From: Girardia tigrina
Lineage: Eukaryota
DNA length: 64,000 bases
Direction of reading: 5' to 3'
Assembly: GCA_001938485.1 (NCBI GenBank)
Contig: MQRK01229265.1
Span: 1-64,000, forward strand
Translations under genes and position numbers: made by a program
Notes under the pieces: model-generated
What the model was told of the DNA's origin: nothing
The model's input: only the letters and a program-made list of their open reading frames with translations
Database searches by the model: none
In this document: piece by piece, positions 10,801 to 25,800 of the stretch
Numbering within the stretch: position 1 is the stretch's first letter
Layout: each line of letters starts with the position of its first letter

Positions 10801-13800
10801 ACTCAAGACATCTGTAAAATATATTAATATCTTTAAAGTTAGTTAGGTACATCCCTCATCTCCAGTTCTATTTACCCCAAATGGTCCACTTAACACTTTT
10901 ATATTACGTATATCTTCGTCAAAAATATTCAAGAAACATATTAACTAGAGATAATCTTTTAAATCATGATATAGTTTTGGTAAAAAATAGAGCAAAGACA
11001 CGTTGGATGCAATATCATATATTTGTTCTATTAATTGAATATAGAATGGCTTTTAAAATGAACTGAATATTTTCCATAAAATGTAAATAAAATGATAATA
11101 CAGTAGTGCCCACGTATGAGACAAATTTGAGCCGCATCAAGGTCTTTATATATTTTCAAGAGCTGCACTTAAAATACTTAGAGATAATTAATAAAAATAA
11201 ATTTTATATAATTTTTATAATAATTATACAAATAAAAATAATAGATATTTATTCAAAAAAAAGTTTTCAATAATTTTTATTTAAAATATTATATAAAAAA
11301 ATCCATAAAAACGCATGAAAATAATTTACAAATAACATTAAAATGAATGATACATATTAAATTAAATTAAATGATACACATTAAATATTAGTTTAAATTT
11401 TGTTTTCAATGAAAGACCATCTAAATTATAAAAAAACATACTGAAAGGCGATAAGCCATTTTACTATGTTTTTTTTCTATTTAAACAAAGAGAATTCAGA
11501 GTGATTTGGCGAATAAAAATATTAATAATTATTATTTTTAGATTAAAATATAAAATTCTGACAGATACTAAACAAATTTTCAAGAATCAAATATCGAGTT
11601 TGTATTTATTTGTATTATTGTTAACATTTCGCGTAATTTCAAAAGGAGCCGCATTTGAGCACCCAGGATATAATATTTACATGATTAATAATACTATTGG
11701 GCCCTTGCAGGCTTCTTTTTATATTTACATATTGACATTCTTATTGATATTTTTTGGTTTGTCAAAATTCTTTTCCATCTCCTATCTGACAGAACTTTTT
11801 GAATTCTTTTATTATAACCGCATCAAAATTCGATACAATTCCAGAAGTGATCCATATTTACCATATGGTGCTTTTTCAATTCCGGAACGCTCATAACGCA
11901 GTGATTTCTACAAAATATTTGTGATTTTAATAAAAAATATCGGATGTTTTCAAATACCTGTAGTGATTCAATGATTCAGACAATTACAATCCTTGTTAAA
12001 TAACTTGACAAAAGAATCAAAAGTTCAGTTGCGATATGACCACTCCAGACACCTTCAAAATTAATGAAAAATGGATCGGCTAGGATATTGAATCTCTCAT
12101 TAATTGTTTCTCGCAGATAAAACTCATAGACTATGGATTTGTAATTTTTTGATTTTGAGAAAGCAAAAAAGACCGCGAGAAGTTGTAATATCGAACAGAG
12201 GAAACACTAGATCAACTTCACTGATGACTCTTGAAAAAGAATGTTACCATTAACTCACATATACTCTCTACAGTTTGAGAATCTGATAAAGGTTCTAATT
12301 GAAAAGTGTCCCAATCTTATCTTAAGAATAAATTTGACCCTTCAGCAAATCAGGGATGTTTATATTGAAGTCTTAACATTTATATCCTACCAATTTTGTT
12401 CAGAAACGTTTCTTTTGATTTAATTTATTCAGATATATCCAATGTTTCCTTATTGAAAGATAATTGTGATGTTCAAATCAGTATCACTGGAATTTTAGAT
12501 TCAAAAAGCACATTTTTTAAAAAAGAGACATCAAAATTGATACAGATCTCTGATTATTATTGATAACAATGACGAAAAATATATTTTCTTAATTATAATC
12601 AAGAACGAAAACACTTTTGCGTACACTTAATTAATTAATTGTTCTTGAAGAGTATTCCATTTTTACGAAACTCTATTGTTTTGGTTACTCATATATAAGA
12701 AAACAAGAAAACTAATAATAGAAAATGGTTTTATAAAACTGAAATTAAATTTTTATAAAAGAGGAGTACTCTGTAAATCAAATTATAAGATCGTACGGTA
12801 TGCTATCATTTCTGAGACCCATGAAAATGAGAATGGCATGGAAGCCAGTGGTGCACCCCTTAAATAGCATAATGCCTGGTTTTATTTAAAATGCATCGGG
12901 AAACCGATTAAAAGAGAAATTAACAAAGTATTTTCCCCAAGAAAAATCTGTTAGAAAAAAAATTTAATAATTAAATAATATTTTTTTGAAAGATAATTAG
13001 GTCATTTCATATTGAATGTCGCATTTTATTACAAAACCAGAATAAATATTCCACGAAGATTAAGCACATTCAATCTATAGCATATTCATTTTCGATGACA
13101 CTTTCCAACTTAGAAACGAGATGTATTATGTCTTGCTTATAAAAATTCTGATCTTTAGAATCAAAAAAACTCTTATATACCGTTTTTTACACCATCCCAT
13201 GAACAAAATTTTTTCCACTTAAATAATCTTGCGTCGATCTGAATAAATGAAAATCAGATGGTGAAATGTCCGGACTATAGGATGGATGGGGTAAAATACC
13301 CCACCCTTACTCCTTGATTTTGCTGGGAATGCGTCCATGCATTGTCTAGTTGCAAAATCACACCTTTCATATTTGTCATTGCCAGAAGTTTAATATAGAT
13401 TTGTTCTTTCAAGCGTACTAATCGAGTGCAATAAATATCCCTGGTAACTGTTTTTTACTGAAACCAGGTAAAGGTTTCAGCAGTTCAAAGAGAATAATCC
13501 CATTCATTCGCCACCACGCGTATAACAGTACTTTTTGACCAATAATGTTGGATTTTGGAGTTGCGTCTTTTAGGATTATTATAGATCACCCACATCTGGT
13601 CTCCAGTGACTATTCTTTCAAAGAACGGGTCATTGCTCTGTCTGGAAAGCAATGAGGATCAGATTGCTAACCGCTGAACTTTATGTTGTTCAATAAGTTG
13701 GTGTGCCCAAGTTGACTTTGCCCAATGCTTTAATATGGCGGAAATCTGTCACCCTGTCTATCCCTATTTTATCCGCTTTCTCATCTAATGTCTACTTCGG

Positions 13801-16800
13801 ATCTTCTTTGACTACAACGCAAAGAGTTTCATCATCCACAGCTGATGTACAATTTTTAAGCTGAAATTACCGCTTATTAATTTCGAGAACCATCCTTTGC
13901 ACTTCCTCAAATCTGACGTTTCAGGAAAAATCTTATTGATTCGTCTTGCTGCATTCCAGGCATTTTTTCCTTTTCGATATTCATAGAGCATTCAATGTCG
14001 CAAATGCTCTTCCTCCTCAATTTTCGCTATCATTTCCGTATCACTTAAGACAATTTTACGGTTCTTGTAAAAAATTAAAGAGATGCAAAACTCACAAAAA
14101 CTAATAAAATAAAAAATGTGCTTCTAAAATTAGGTGGTCTGCAGTTAGTTACAGTCAGTACACAAAAATCCGACATCCAATATGAAATGACCTAATAATT
14201 GGGGGTAACTAATAAAACCACATAAAATAAAAGGTATAAATTATCAATCAGACTTTTTTTTCAAGAAATAAACAACTGCTTTTAAATGATTTTATTGTTA
14301 TTTCTTATCATTTTTAGAAGGTAATGCTTTATCACAGAAATTTGATAGCTTTCAAATTGATAATGAGAGTATTTGACAGATTTTGGCATCGCAATTTGCT
14401 TTTCCCATTAAGTCTAAATGTAAACTATTTTAAAATAAGTAATTGCCAAATAAACATTTATTAAATCTCAATATTCCGATATATAGTAATTTATTAGAAT
14501 AAATTTTCGACAAAAGAAGTTTTAAAGAAATTACCGTAGGACATGTTTCAATCTACATTAATCATCACCAACAATTACTATTTATTAAGTGAAGTTAGTA
14601 GTTAAATGTTAAAATGAAATAAACTTTATTATAATTTGATTTTATCATATGAATTAAAATAAAAAAAATATAAAAAAATAATTTAAACTATTTAATATTG
14701 ATGGAGCATTACTTTCCCAAATTTTGGATATTAATCAATGAGTCATATAAGTATGATCTTACGTGTATGATCTGCAATGACTCACAATACAAAATTGTCT
14801 ATGAAATATGTTTGAAAAATAGAAAACTCATTTTCGAAACTGTTAAGTTTCTATCTTTGCAACATTTTTGGTGATCATTTTTATTTTACTCTATTTTCTG
14901 AACTGTGAATATTCACTAATCCATGTTAAGAGATGACAATTTATCTCTCCAATGTGGCCCTTGTATACTATAAAGTTATTAGACCAAATGTTTTTTAAGA
15001 GGTCCTGGAACGCGAATAATGCCTTCAAATTGCTAAAAACGTAGATTTCAACAATTAACCACCTAATAACTCTTTGTGGCTTTACCTTGCTTTATTCCTG
15101 TCCTGAAAATCGAGTACAACTAAACAGTTCTACTGCCTATAAATCCAAAATGATAGATAGCCTTGTAAGAGTATTGTTGGCCAACTACTACTGGAAATTA
15201 CTGCCGGCATTTAGAGAAGTATTCGGTTAGCTCTCAGACACTTTCCCCTAGAGATAGAATTGAATTCAGTCTAGTTTCCAAAGGCTTCTACGTGAAGTAT
15301 TTTTTACAGACTTGTACAGGCTACCAATGTAACAGGTGCTCCAATGTAAAGGTTAAGATTAAGATATCACTGACTCTATACTGAAATTATCGACTTTTTT
15401 AAAAATGTTATTTTAAAATCTTCCAAACTCTTCAGAAAATTAAATCTTTAATTCTCAAAACGTTTTCTCATTCATCTTTTTTCTTGGTCTCGTGATTGGG
15501 GACTTTATTCAATAATAATCTAATTTTAGTCTCTATTTTCTTATTTGACTACATTGGTGAAGAGCTTTCTGAGAATGTCAAGTTCATTGTATATACTATT
15601 AATGTCGCAAGGGAATCTTCCACGGCCCAAATAAAATAAATTTGAGTCTACAAATAGTTAATAAAAAGTAATTTAATTTTTTAAAATTTAATTACTAATA
15701 ATTTTGAAATCTTTTTTCGACGAACAATAATATACAATATTTAAATAATATAATAAAATCAAGTTGAACCAGACGGATGTGAGAGTTGAAGTATATGATT
15801 AAACTTAGTAGCTGAAGTTGGTGTTGACCGTATAGACATTTTATTAGGTTACACCCAGCTGGAAACCTTCAACAATTAACATCAAAAAATATTTATCCAG
15901 TAGCGGAGTTTAACAAATTAAAACTAAAATATTTTTTTGATATCATTGAAAAACTATTCCCTTAATTTATTTTAAAATGAAAGAACGCATAAATACCATT
16001 CTTTGATCCAATAAATAACTTGATCTTTTATAAAAAAAACTTTAGACAGTAATTTTTATTTCCTCCTTTATTAACTGAGTTTTCTTATTTTTTTTACATT
16101 TTCATAAATATACAACTGCATTAACATTAAAAATAGACATCCTTTGATAATGTGCATTTTGAAACATCGTGGATGAAAAGAATTATTTTGTTCTCTGTTA
16201 TTAGGAAATCCTTCTTTTACATAAAAATAATTACATGTGCATTATGGTACTGATCGAATAAAGTTTTTACAGGGTTTTTAGTGATTGATCATTAATCTTT
16301 CAAAGCAGCCTCTAGAGATGCAACTAACGTTGTAACTTTTCAAAGATTTTGCAGGACACGCCTTATCAGATTCATGCCTTATGATTGCACTACATTCACT
16401 TGTGATATGCGATTCTCTTTTAGTACATCCAACCTTTGTTTGTTCGAGCACTAGGCCAAGTGCACCATCTTACTTTAAAATGAAATCCTATATAAAAGAT
16501 TGTCAACTTGGTAGACGTGAGAAAAACAGTTGTTTGAAGCAACTGCTGTTTTCATTCTTGATCTCATCGATGCTATGACCAGTTAACGACACCTGGGAAG
16601 ATTTGTTGAAATTTATTGTTGTTTCTGAAGGTAACATCTGTCCAAATATAGAGCGATTTATGTCTTATCTTTTTGCCTAGAAGAAACGAATCTTAGGTGT
16701 CCAAAGAGACTTTCGTCATGCATCTTGCATATAGTTCCAAAGTATTTTAAAATTTCAAGCTGTAATGCACCTCTAGATATTAGATCAGTTTTATTTCATA

Positions 16801-19800
16801 ACACTTCGAGAACTGAAACATATTGGTCTTCATTTCAAAATTGAGACAAAATATTGTTTACTTTTGCAAGAGGAACATGCAGGAAGCAACATAGTAGTGA
16901 TGCATCTTTGAAATCTGTTTGCTTTTCATTAATTAATAATGCTACCTCGGAAAGATTCTGACAGCTTTTTAGCACCTGAAGATAATAGCATGACTGTCAG
17001 AACAAGGAATATTAAAAGAAAAATTCTTGATTTATTAAACCTTTGGGATACACTGGCTATTCAAGGTGTACATTTGCAGAACAATACAAACAAAGTCATG
17101 ATTAAAGGTCAAGAAATGTTAATTTAACACATTTTTTATTGTAGTACTCGCGATTTGAGTCTTGCATCATTGTTAGGTATTTGTTTTATTTTCTGGGATG
17201 TCCATTTACATATACTCCATTTACATGTATTGTCATGTACTGTTTAATAAAATGTACTATTTAATAGAGACTACATGAAGTTTCTCTACTACCTCACTCG
17301 TGTCTTCCGAAACTTCACTGAGAGGAAAGAGATTCCTTTCGTGAATTTTAAACAGATCCCAAACATCAGCAATGTACACTGTCACTCTCGTGCCATTCTA
17401 GCCCTTCTCGCGTTTATTCTGATGCCTGAAACCAGGAACAGGTTGCGTAAAATCTGTTCATTTATTTCTTACTCATTGGCTGACCACTGGTTCAGCAGTC
17501 AGTTGTTCCGCGTCTAAATGTTTGAAAAAATATCTGTAGCTCTGAATGAGTACCCAATAGCTCTCAAATGGTTGAAAACCCACTGGAAAACAGATGAATC
17601 TCCAATCAACATTGTCCGAAGTAACCAGTGCTGTAAGCGTGCGATCAAAGTTGTATAAGATTTGCACAACTCCTATCGTAACAAGGACAATCACCCACTG
17701 AGAATCATTCTCTCCAATGATATTATCGAGAATATTTAACTTCCTTGATTATTTGATGATCCTATGTAATGTTATATATATGTTTGATAAGTACAATTTT
17801 TGAAATCATTTTGTGCGTCAGATTTTTTATCAAATCTCCTAGAATATAAGACTATCGATTCTTAAATGAAAACTAATCCAAATGTAATTCAGAGAAATGA
17901 GATTGCATAAAAGTTATCATCATACTGTTTATATTGTGACAGATATTCGTATTATCAGATTTTTTAAACATAATGCAATTAATTTATTCAACATTCTAAA
18001 TGAATTTATGATATTTAATTGTTTAATAACAATTAACGTAAGAAAACATCAAGCTGATCAGTTTCCATTTTAAAATATTGAAGTAGGCTGGATAGAGGCC
18101 GATTATCTGACCAGTGCAAAGCAACTGTATGTCACCCTTGAAGTGAACGTTACTTCCAAGAAAGCATTAAAATGTAACTTTAACATTGTTTGTCGCTATA
18201 TATATTCAACCTTGAAAATATCAAATACTGAAAAATAAAGATAGATATTTAAAAATAAAGATAGAAAATAAAGAAATTAACGATATTATTATTGACAATG
18301 CCAGGTAACTGATATAATAAGGGACATTATAATATTGTCAATAAAGAATTATAAAAATATAGTCAAATATGTATTACATTTTTTTAAATATTACGATAAC
18401 GTGTAAGTTGATGTAAAAGTTCTAGACTCCAACTTAATATTAGGTTGATATTTTTCTACATTTTCCATCTATATTTTGATCTATATTTGATATGTAACCC
18501 CATCTGAACTCATATCTCTTTCTAAGTACATTTAAAAATAAAGACCAACAAGTCCGCATATCAGACATTGTTTAAATTTTATGTTTAACCTTGGTAAAAA
18601 CGCCGTAGAAACAAAGGCTTCAATGTGTAGAGCATATGGAGATGGTGTTGTGGCCTATTCGACTGTTAAACTTTGGTTCCAGAATTTCAGAAATGGTGAA
18701 TTTGTGCTCGAGGATAAAGAGAGAAATGGTAGACCCAAAGTAATGGAGGACACCAAATTGCAAGCCCTGTTGCATGGCAATACTGCCAAGACCACACGTG
18801 AAATAACTATGCAACGTGGAATGAACCAATCAACTATTATAAGAAGATGTAAAGCCATGAATAAAATCCTGAAGGTTCGAAGATGAGTGCCAAAAATATT
18901 GCAAATATATCTCGAAAATTGAGTTTATCAGAAAATACCTACGATCAATCCTAATATTGTAGTAAAATAATATAATGGGGAACACGAAAATAATTCCCTA
19001 ATCTTATTGATTATAGTAGGAACATCAATATTTTCCAAGAAAATATTGAATTTATAAAATCTAAAACTTAATTGAAATGGAAATAAAGAAATAAAATAAG
19101 GAATTTTATCAAATTTGCATTCAGTCTTTCTTAAAATTAAAAAAAAGTAGAGAACCTTTGAATTTTTCCTATTCATTTCTGCTATTATTCGAAGAAGATT
19201 ATCTTGTGAAAAATTTATGGAAACAGTTTTTAATGCCTTCTCTAGTTACATTTCCCACGATTTTGTATTCTACATATTGATTTGTCCTTTTATTTTTATT
19301 GTGAAAAATCCTCATCCCTCTCAACTTCAAAACAAAATCGAAATATTCAAAGATTTCAATTCATAAATGAAATATTAAAGAAAAAATAAAAAGAATATTT
19401 TACCGTACAAAACTAATCAACCTTCCCCCATCGAAAAAAGATGACGACTTGTCTCTCCAATGCACAAGGATTCACACTGATGACATTTATAATGGTAAAT
19501 TAGATCAGCTTTCATACAAAATGATGTTTTAGCTTTGTAAGAAAACTAGTTGGAGATTGTTTTAGTTGAAAATAATATTTAAATTTCAACTCCTACTGGA
19601 GCACCTTTAAACCTTTTGTGCTCCTTCAAAAAACGGAAATTTTTAAAGTAATTTTCTGGTACTTTTTCATTCTTCTGTAGCATTTGTTATACGATTTGTA
19701 ATATTTAATTTTAAATAAATTGACTGTAGTATTTTTAATGAAGTTTTTTTAAACCCTTTTTATATAACCATTATTAAATAGTCTATTGTGAAAAATATCA

Positions 19801-22800
19801 ATTTCATTGATTATAATTATGAAATGATAGTTACTGAAGCACTGTTAATTAAGTCTTTGAAACTTAGTTTGAAATCTTTGAAACCCATTCACACTTCGCG
19901 AGCAACATTGACTGCTGTGGCTTTCAGTTGGTTTCCCACCCCCCCCCTATAGCCCTGACTTAGCCCCAAGTGGTTTTGCGTTGTTTAAACACCTAATGAA
20001 ACATTTGAAAGGTGTCCAATTTCATTCAGTTGATGTCCTCAAGGAGAAAGTTCTTGATATTCTTAATTCTTTGCCTCCAAATTTTTACAATAATGCGTTC
20101 TCAGAGCTTGTTGCTCGCTGGCGCAAGTGTGTTGATTTACTTTGATGTCATGTACTGATTCTGAAAAAAATAAAGTTGATTGGACTTTGCTTTCTTGTAG
20201 AGTCTAGGAACTTATGGATCGCACCACATAAATCATATTGAGTTATTTTAATGTTAAACATTAATAATGTAATGATCTTCTAACTATATAAGCAATAGCA
20301 GTTGATTATAAATTATAATTTATAATTCAGAACTGATGATGCCATAAAGACGAAACATGTTTTCTAAAAATACAAATTTAAAATGGCATTATTCTCTTTT
20401 ATTATTATATCTACCATTAATTAATCAAAAATGTCAAATTTTAAAAAATTTCTTTAGTCTTATCAATATACTTATTCATCTATATACGTTGTGCGTTCAA
20501 TAAGTACCTGACCTAAGGTAAAAAATTAATAGCAAATTTTAGTTTTTAGTATGATTAAATAAATTAATATAGGTTAAAATTTCCGTAATTGTTTTATTTT
20601 ATCAAACGCGTACAAAACCTGATTGAAACAGTTTATGAAAAATTGGAGAAGATGGTTCAAGAAAAGCTTCGAATTACCATGAAAAAGCTGCCAACAAAGT
20701 ACTTGCATCAGCATTGGTACAGCCAACATCGAACTAAAATCCATGGATTTAAGAAAATTGTGCTATAAATTCGCACCTCACATCTTGACTGGTGAAATAA
20801 TGCGAAACCAGTTGGAGTGCAGTCAGAATAACTTCAACTTGAGGGACAAGGATGATGAGACTTCCATGGCAAATTTAATTACGGAGGAGAAATGTATGAA
20901 TTTGCCAGAAACAAAGCATAAGTCAACACAGGAGAAACTGTCTGGAGAGAAGCCATCCTCTGAAGATGCGAATAGGTACAATTCATGGACGAGATATGAT
21001 GCTTTCCGTTTTCTGGGATCATAAAAGTGCTATTTTCATAGATTTTACTGATAAAGGTATCATCATCAACGCTGCATATTACAGCCAACTCCTGGCAATG
21101 GGCAGAAAGAATAGGCGAATACAAAAGAACACGCCATTAAGGTTTCTCCTCGACAATGAGCCAGTGCAAACAGCAGGCATTTTTTAGGCCCCAATTGAAG
21201 ATGCTGGATTAGTGGTTGACGATCATCTGCCATACAGTCCAGAGCAATTTTCACCTCTTCAGAATTCTAAAGAAGCATTTGAGAGGTATCCAGTTTAGAT
21301 CCAAAGACGATTTGAAAATTACTTTGGAGGATTTCTCCGCCGCATGCCCTCAGAAGTTTTCAAAACGGTCTTTTCTGAGTTGATTATTTGTTGGCGGAGT
21401 GAAATGGTTATTATTTTGAAAAATGATGCTAACACATTAATAATAATTCATAATGATATTTACGTGGGGCTTTCAATAAGTACCCAGCCTGACAAAGAAA
21501 AACGAATTCTAAAATGACTAATTCTTATGACTCAACAAACTTAATTTCATAACATTATTTATTATTTTTCATAAATTTTTCATTAAATATTTTCATCTAA
21601 ATTTTACACTTTCATATCTTTCAAATCAGTCAAAAATAAAAAAAATAAAATATTTTTTTCATTAAAAGAAATTTCATTGAAAATCATTTAATGAAAATGA
21701 TTTATTTCTTTAGGTTTTCTTGAACAATTTTTCACTATTTGTATTTTAATTAATGTTGGAAAAAAGAAAATTGAAATTGATTAATGGAAGAATTTATTGT
21801 TTATTTACCACAAATTCTTCCAGAAAAGTTTCAAGCAAAAAATTTCACGAGAGGAAGAAATTGAAAATAAAGAAATTAAATAAGAAAAATAATGAAAAAA
21901 TAATATAATAATTAAAAAAATGAAATGTCCAATTAATCTTTTACATAAAAAAGTAAATATATAAATTTTTAAAAAATATTATTATTATTATTAATTATAA
22001 ATAATTTATTATTATAATTTTTTCAAATTACTTGAAATTTTTTAATTTTTTTGTTTGTATTTACTAGACAAATTTTTTATTATTTTTTATAAATATAATA
22101 TTTTTATAAGAGATATATTTCCGTTTATTAATTTCAACGCTTTAAAGATTATTAAGGATATAAGTTTAAAAATAAAATCGTGTACCGAAAAATTCGAAGG
22201 CGTAGAGAGACTTTGTTTTACCTTTGTAAGAAAATTCAAGAAGGTTGTGATAATATATTGAATAGTTGGACACAGAAACGGGAAAAATTAACAAAACTTT
22301 AAAATTCAATTTTAAGAATTATTCGGAGTGACATATAAAAATTTATGTATAATATCTTCGCAGAATAAAATTAACGTCCAAACCGAACTTTTTATAACTT
22401 TCTAATCTATACTAATAATGATACTAATGAAATTAAAAGGAAAGAATTTTATTACTTCAATAATTTTTCATTGATTATCTGCCAATTTTATTTTCACAAT
22501 AATTAAAATAATTAGTATTATATAATTAGTATTATATAATTTGAAAATATTTAAATATACTTTATAATAGCGAATAAAAATATTTTCCGATAAAATTTTA
22601 TTCAGGTATTCGATACATGTTAAATTTAATACCCCAGTTTGAAGATTTTTATAAGACGACATTTGTCTGGAAATAAGATTAAAAGATCCTGGTAATAAAG
22701 TCACAAAGTGTATGGTATAAAACTCCCCAAAAACCTTTTAAGTTTGTTTTAGAATAAATATCTTGTCATAAATTTCACCAAGATCTTCAAACCCTGTCTT

Positions 22801-25800
22801 CTGGTAATGGAGTTGCCTCCTCCTGAAAGAGCTAATTCCTCATAAATATTTGTTTTCAAAAATTTGTGTTTTTACCAAAAATAAACCATTATATGTATAT
22901 TTATTTTTGTTCAAAGAATCAACCATTCATGGATAAGTTAAATTAAATTTTAGAAATATTATTTTTTATCTTTATGTTTCTTTTGCAATAGCACCGATCA
23001 TAAGTTACAAAAGTTTTTAGATTATAATTTATAGTTAAAAAAAATGTATTTTATGCTAAAAGATTAACGGTTTCTATTACATGTACAAATATGAAAGTTC
23101 GTTTTTTTTACGATTTAAAAAACTAAAATTACAAAAAATTTTAATTAAACTTTTATTAACAATAACAACTATTATTAACAACAACATTATTCCAATTCAT
23201 TGGTAATTTATGAATTCCATCAAAAAGGAATTTCGGTTGTTTCAACGCAATCCGATTATCGAGCCATTTTCGAACTTCTTCGTGTTTTGTGAACTTCTGT
23301 TGAATCCATGAGCCATTGATAATAATCCGAGGGAGCAATGTCAGGAGAGTACGGCGAGTAAGGTAAGATTTCCCAGTTCAATTCTTTTATTGTATTTATG
23401 ACCGCTTTTGCAACATGAGGTCTTGCATTGTCTTTAAGCAATATCGGGTACTCGTGTCTTGTGGTCCATTCCTCTCGTTTGGTGACAACATTTCTGTTTA
23501 GATTGATTAATTGCTCTCCATAACGAGCCGCCGTACCAATTTCGTCAAGGTTCAGAAGTTCATATTACAAAATACCCTTCTGATCCCACCATATGCAGAG
23601 CAGCATTTTATTTCCATGGATGTTATGTTTGGGGGTCATCTTTGGTGTCTTTCCTGGATCTTTTGTTTTGAATTATCGAAATAAATGTACTTTTCATCAC
23701 TAGTGATAATTCGATGCATGAATGACTTGCGTTGCTGCCGATCAAGCAAAAGTTCACACGTTGTTTTTCGATTTTATTGCTGAGGTTCAGTCAATTCATG
23801 CGGCACTCATCGTCCTTCTGTCTGAATCTTGCCCATGTCATGCAAGTGATTTGAAATTTTTGGCTGAGTCTCACCTAACGCGTCAGTTAATTGTTTTTAC
23901 GTTTGGGCATCATCTTCATCAAGTAAGGCTTGTAGTTCATTGTCTTCAAACTGCTTTGGTGATCTACCGCGGTCTTTGTTGTTCACATCGAAATCGCCTT
24001 CTCTGAACCTCTTAAAAAATTTTGGACAGGCTCTGGCAATGATTGTATCTTTGTGATATACATCATTTTCAGCAATCATTTTTTGAGAATTGATTGCACT
24101 TTTCTTTTAGTTAAACATGAATAAAAGAACCTCCCGCAAATACTCTTTTGTTGGAGCTTTGGTGGTCATCTGTAAATTTACAATAAAATATTATATGCTA
24201 ATTTTTTTTTAAAAATTCAAAAAGTATTATATAGCGCTTAAAAAACTCAACATTATAGATACAAACAAATGTTATAGAAAAAAGTTTATTAATGAAATAA
24301 CATAACATTATATTTTTACACCTAATAATATAATGTGTTATTAAATGTACAATAAATAAAATTGTAGTAAAAATAATTATTATTTTTAGGATAACAGCAA
24401 TCTTTATATGGTTCTAGAATTTGTCAATGGAGGAGAAATGTTTTCCCATCTTCGTCGTGTAGGTAAATTTAGGTTAGTTTTTAGAATGTAAACATTATTT
24501 TATAATAATTTTTTAGATAAATTTAAACCTAAACATTCAACGTTAAATACGTAAAATATTTTTCTTGGAGATAAATAAATAAAATTCAAAAATAAATAAA
24601 ATACTTTTATAATAATAATGATGGAGTCCTAAGAAAACAATGTGTTTCTTAATTATTCTTTTCTCATTTTATCCATATCAACTATATAAAAATAAATTTA
24701 TTTTTATAAGACAATATAAATTATGTAGTAATGAAATTAATATTAGGTTGGTCGAAAAATAATGGCGGTTTTGAGCTTTATACTTTGTTTATCTACTTTG
24801 ATATGTATATTAGTTTAAATCCATTAGTGTTAGATATTATTTGAAATCTTATGCCTAGCTGTATATTCCTATAGCCATAATTAATATATTGCTGTTATTT
24901 TTTAGAATATTTACGGTGCTAAATTAATAATGGAAAAATTAAAATTCGAGCAATTTTCTTGTACGAATTTAAACTGGGTCGTAAAGCAATTGTTCCCAAC
25001 GACGGCTCGCAATATCAATAAAGCGTTTGGCAAGGGAACAGCTTCTGAGCGCACAGTGCAACGATGGTTCCGAAAATTGTCTGATGGAGATAAAAACCTT
25101 GAAGATGAAGAAGGTTGTGGTCGTCCAGTTGCTGTGAACAACGACAATTTGAGGACAATGGTGGAAACAGATCCCCGTACAACAATCAGAGAACTTGCAG
25201 ATGGGTTGGACATTAGTCATTCATCAGTCCTGGATCATTTAAAACAACTTGAAAAATCAAGAAACTTGATAAATGGGTTCCACATGATTTGAAAAAAAAT
25301 TTGGAAAAAAGAGATATCAGACTTAGCATATGCTAATGCTGTAGATGATAAAGAAGTGAAGAGAGAAATAGCTTTGAGAGGTATTTCGAAAGCTGAGGCT
25401 ATCGAATGTATCCGTTCTCCCGGTCTCTGTGAGGAATATTTTTGAATAGAGTTTATTGTGTGTTGTTTGGTATGTTGTTTTAGCATTGTGTTTCTCCCAC
25501 CCAGATGGAAGATTGATATTTTAAATTATTCCAGGCTTAAAATCATAAAGCTTTATTTTCGGCCAGAAGGCTTTCAAGCACTTGAAAAGTAGAATGTCGG
25601 GCCCAGTTGATGGCCCATTGTGATGCTAAACGCTTCCTGCAAGACAATGTCATGATTATGATGTGTGTACACCAGGTAAAGAGCGTTTCGACCCAGTCGC
25701 TCTTCAAGCAAGATGCAGGCTCCATTTATTCTTCCAGTATTACTTGATGTTGTATCAAAACCTAGAGCTTTGATGTTGTCGACGATACGCCAGTCAGACA

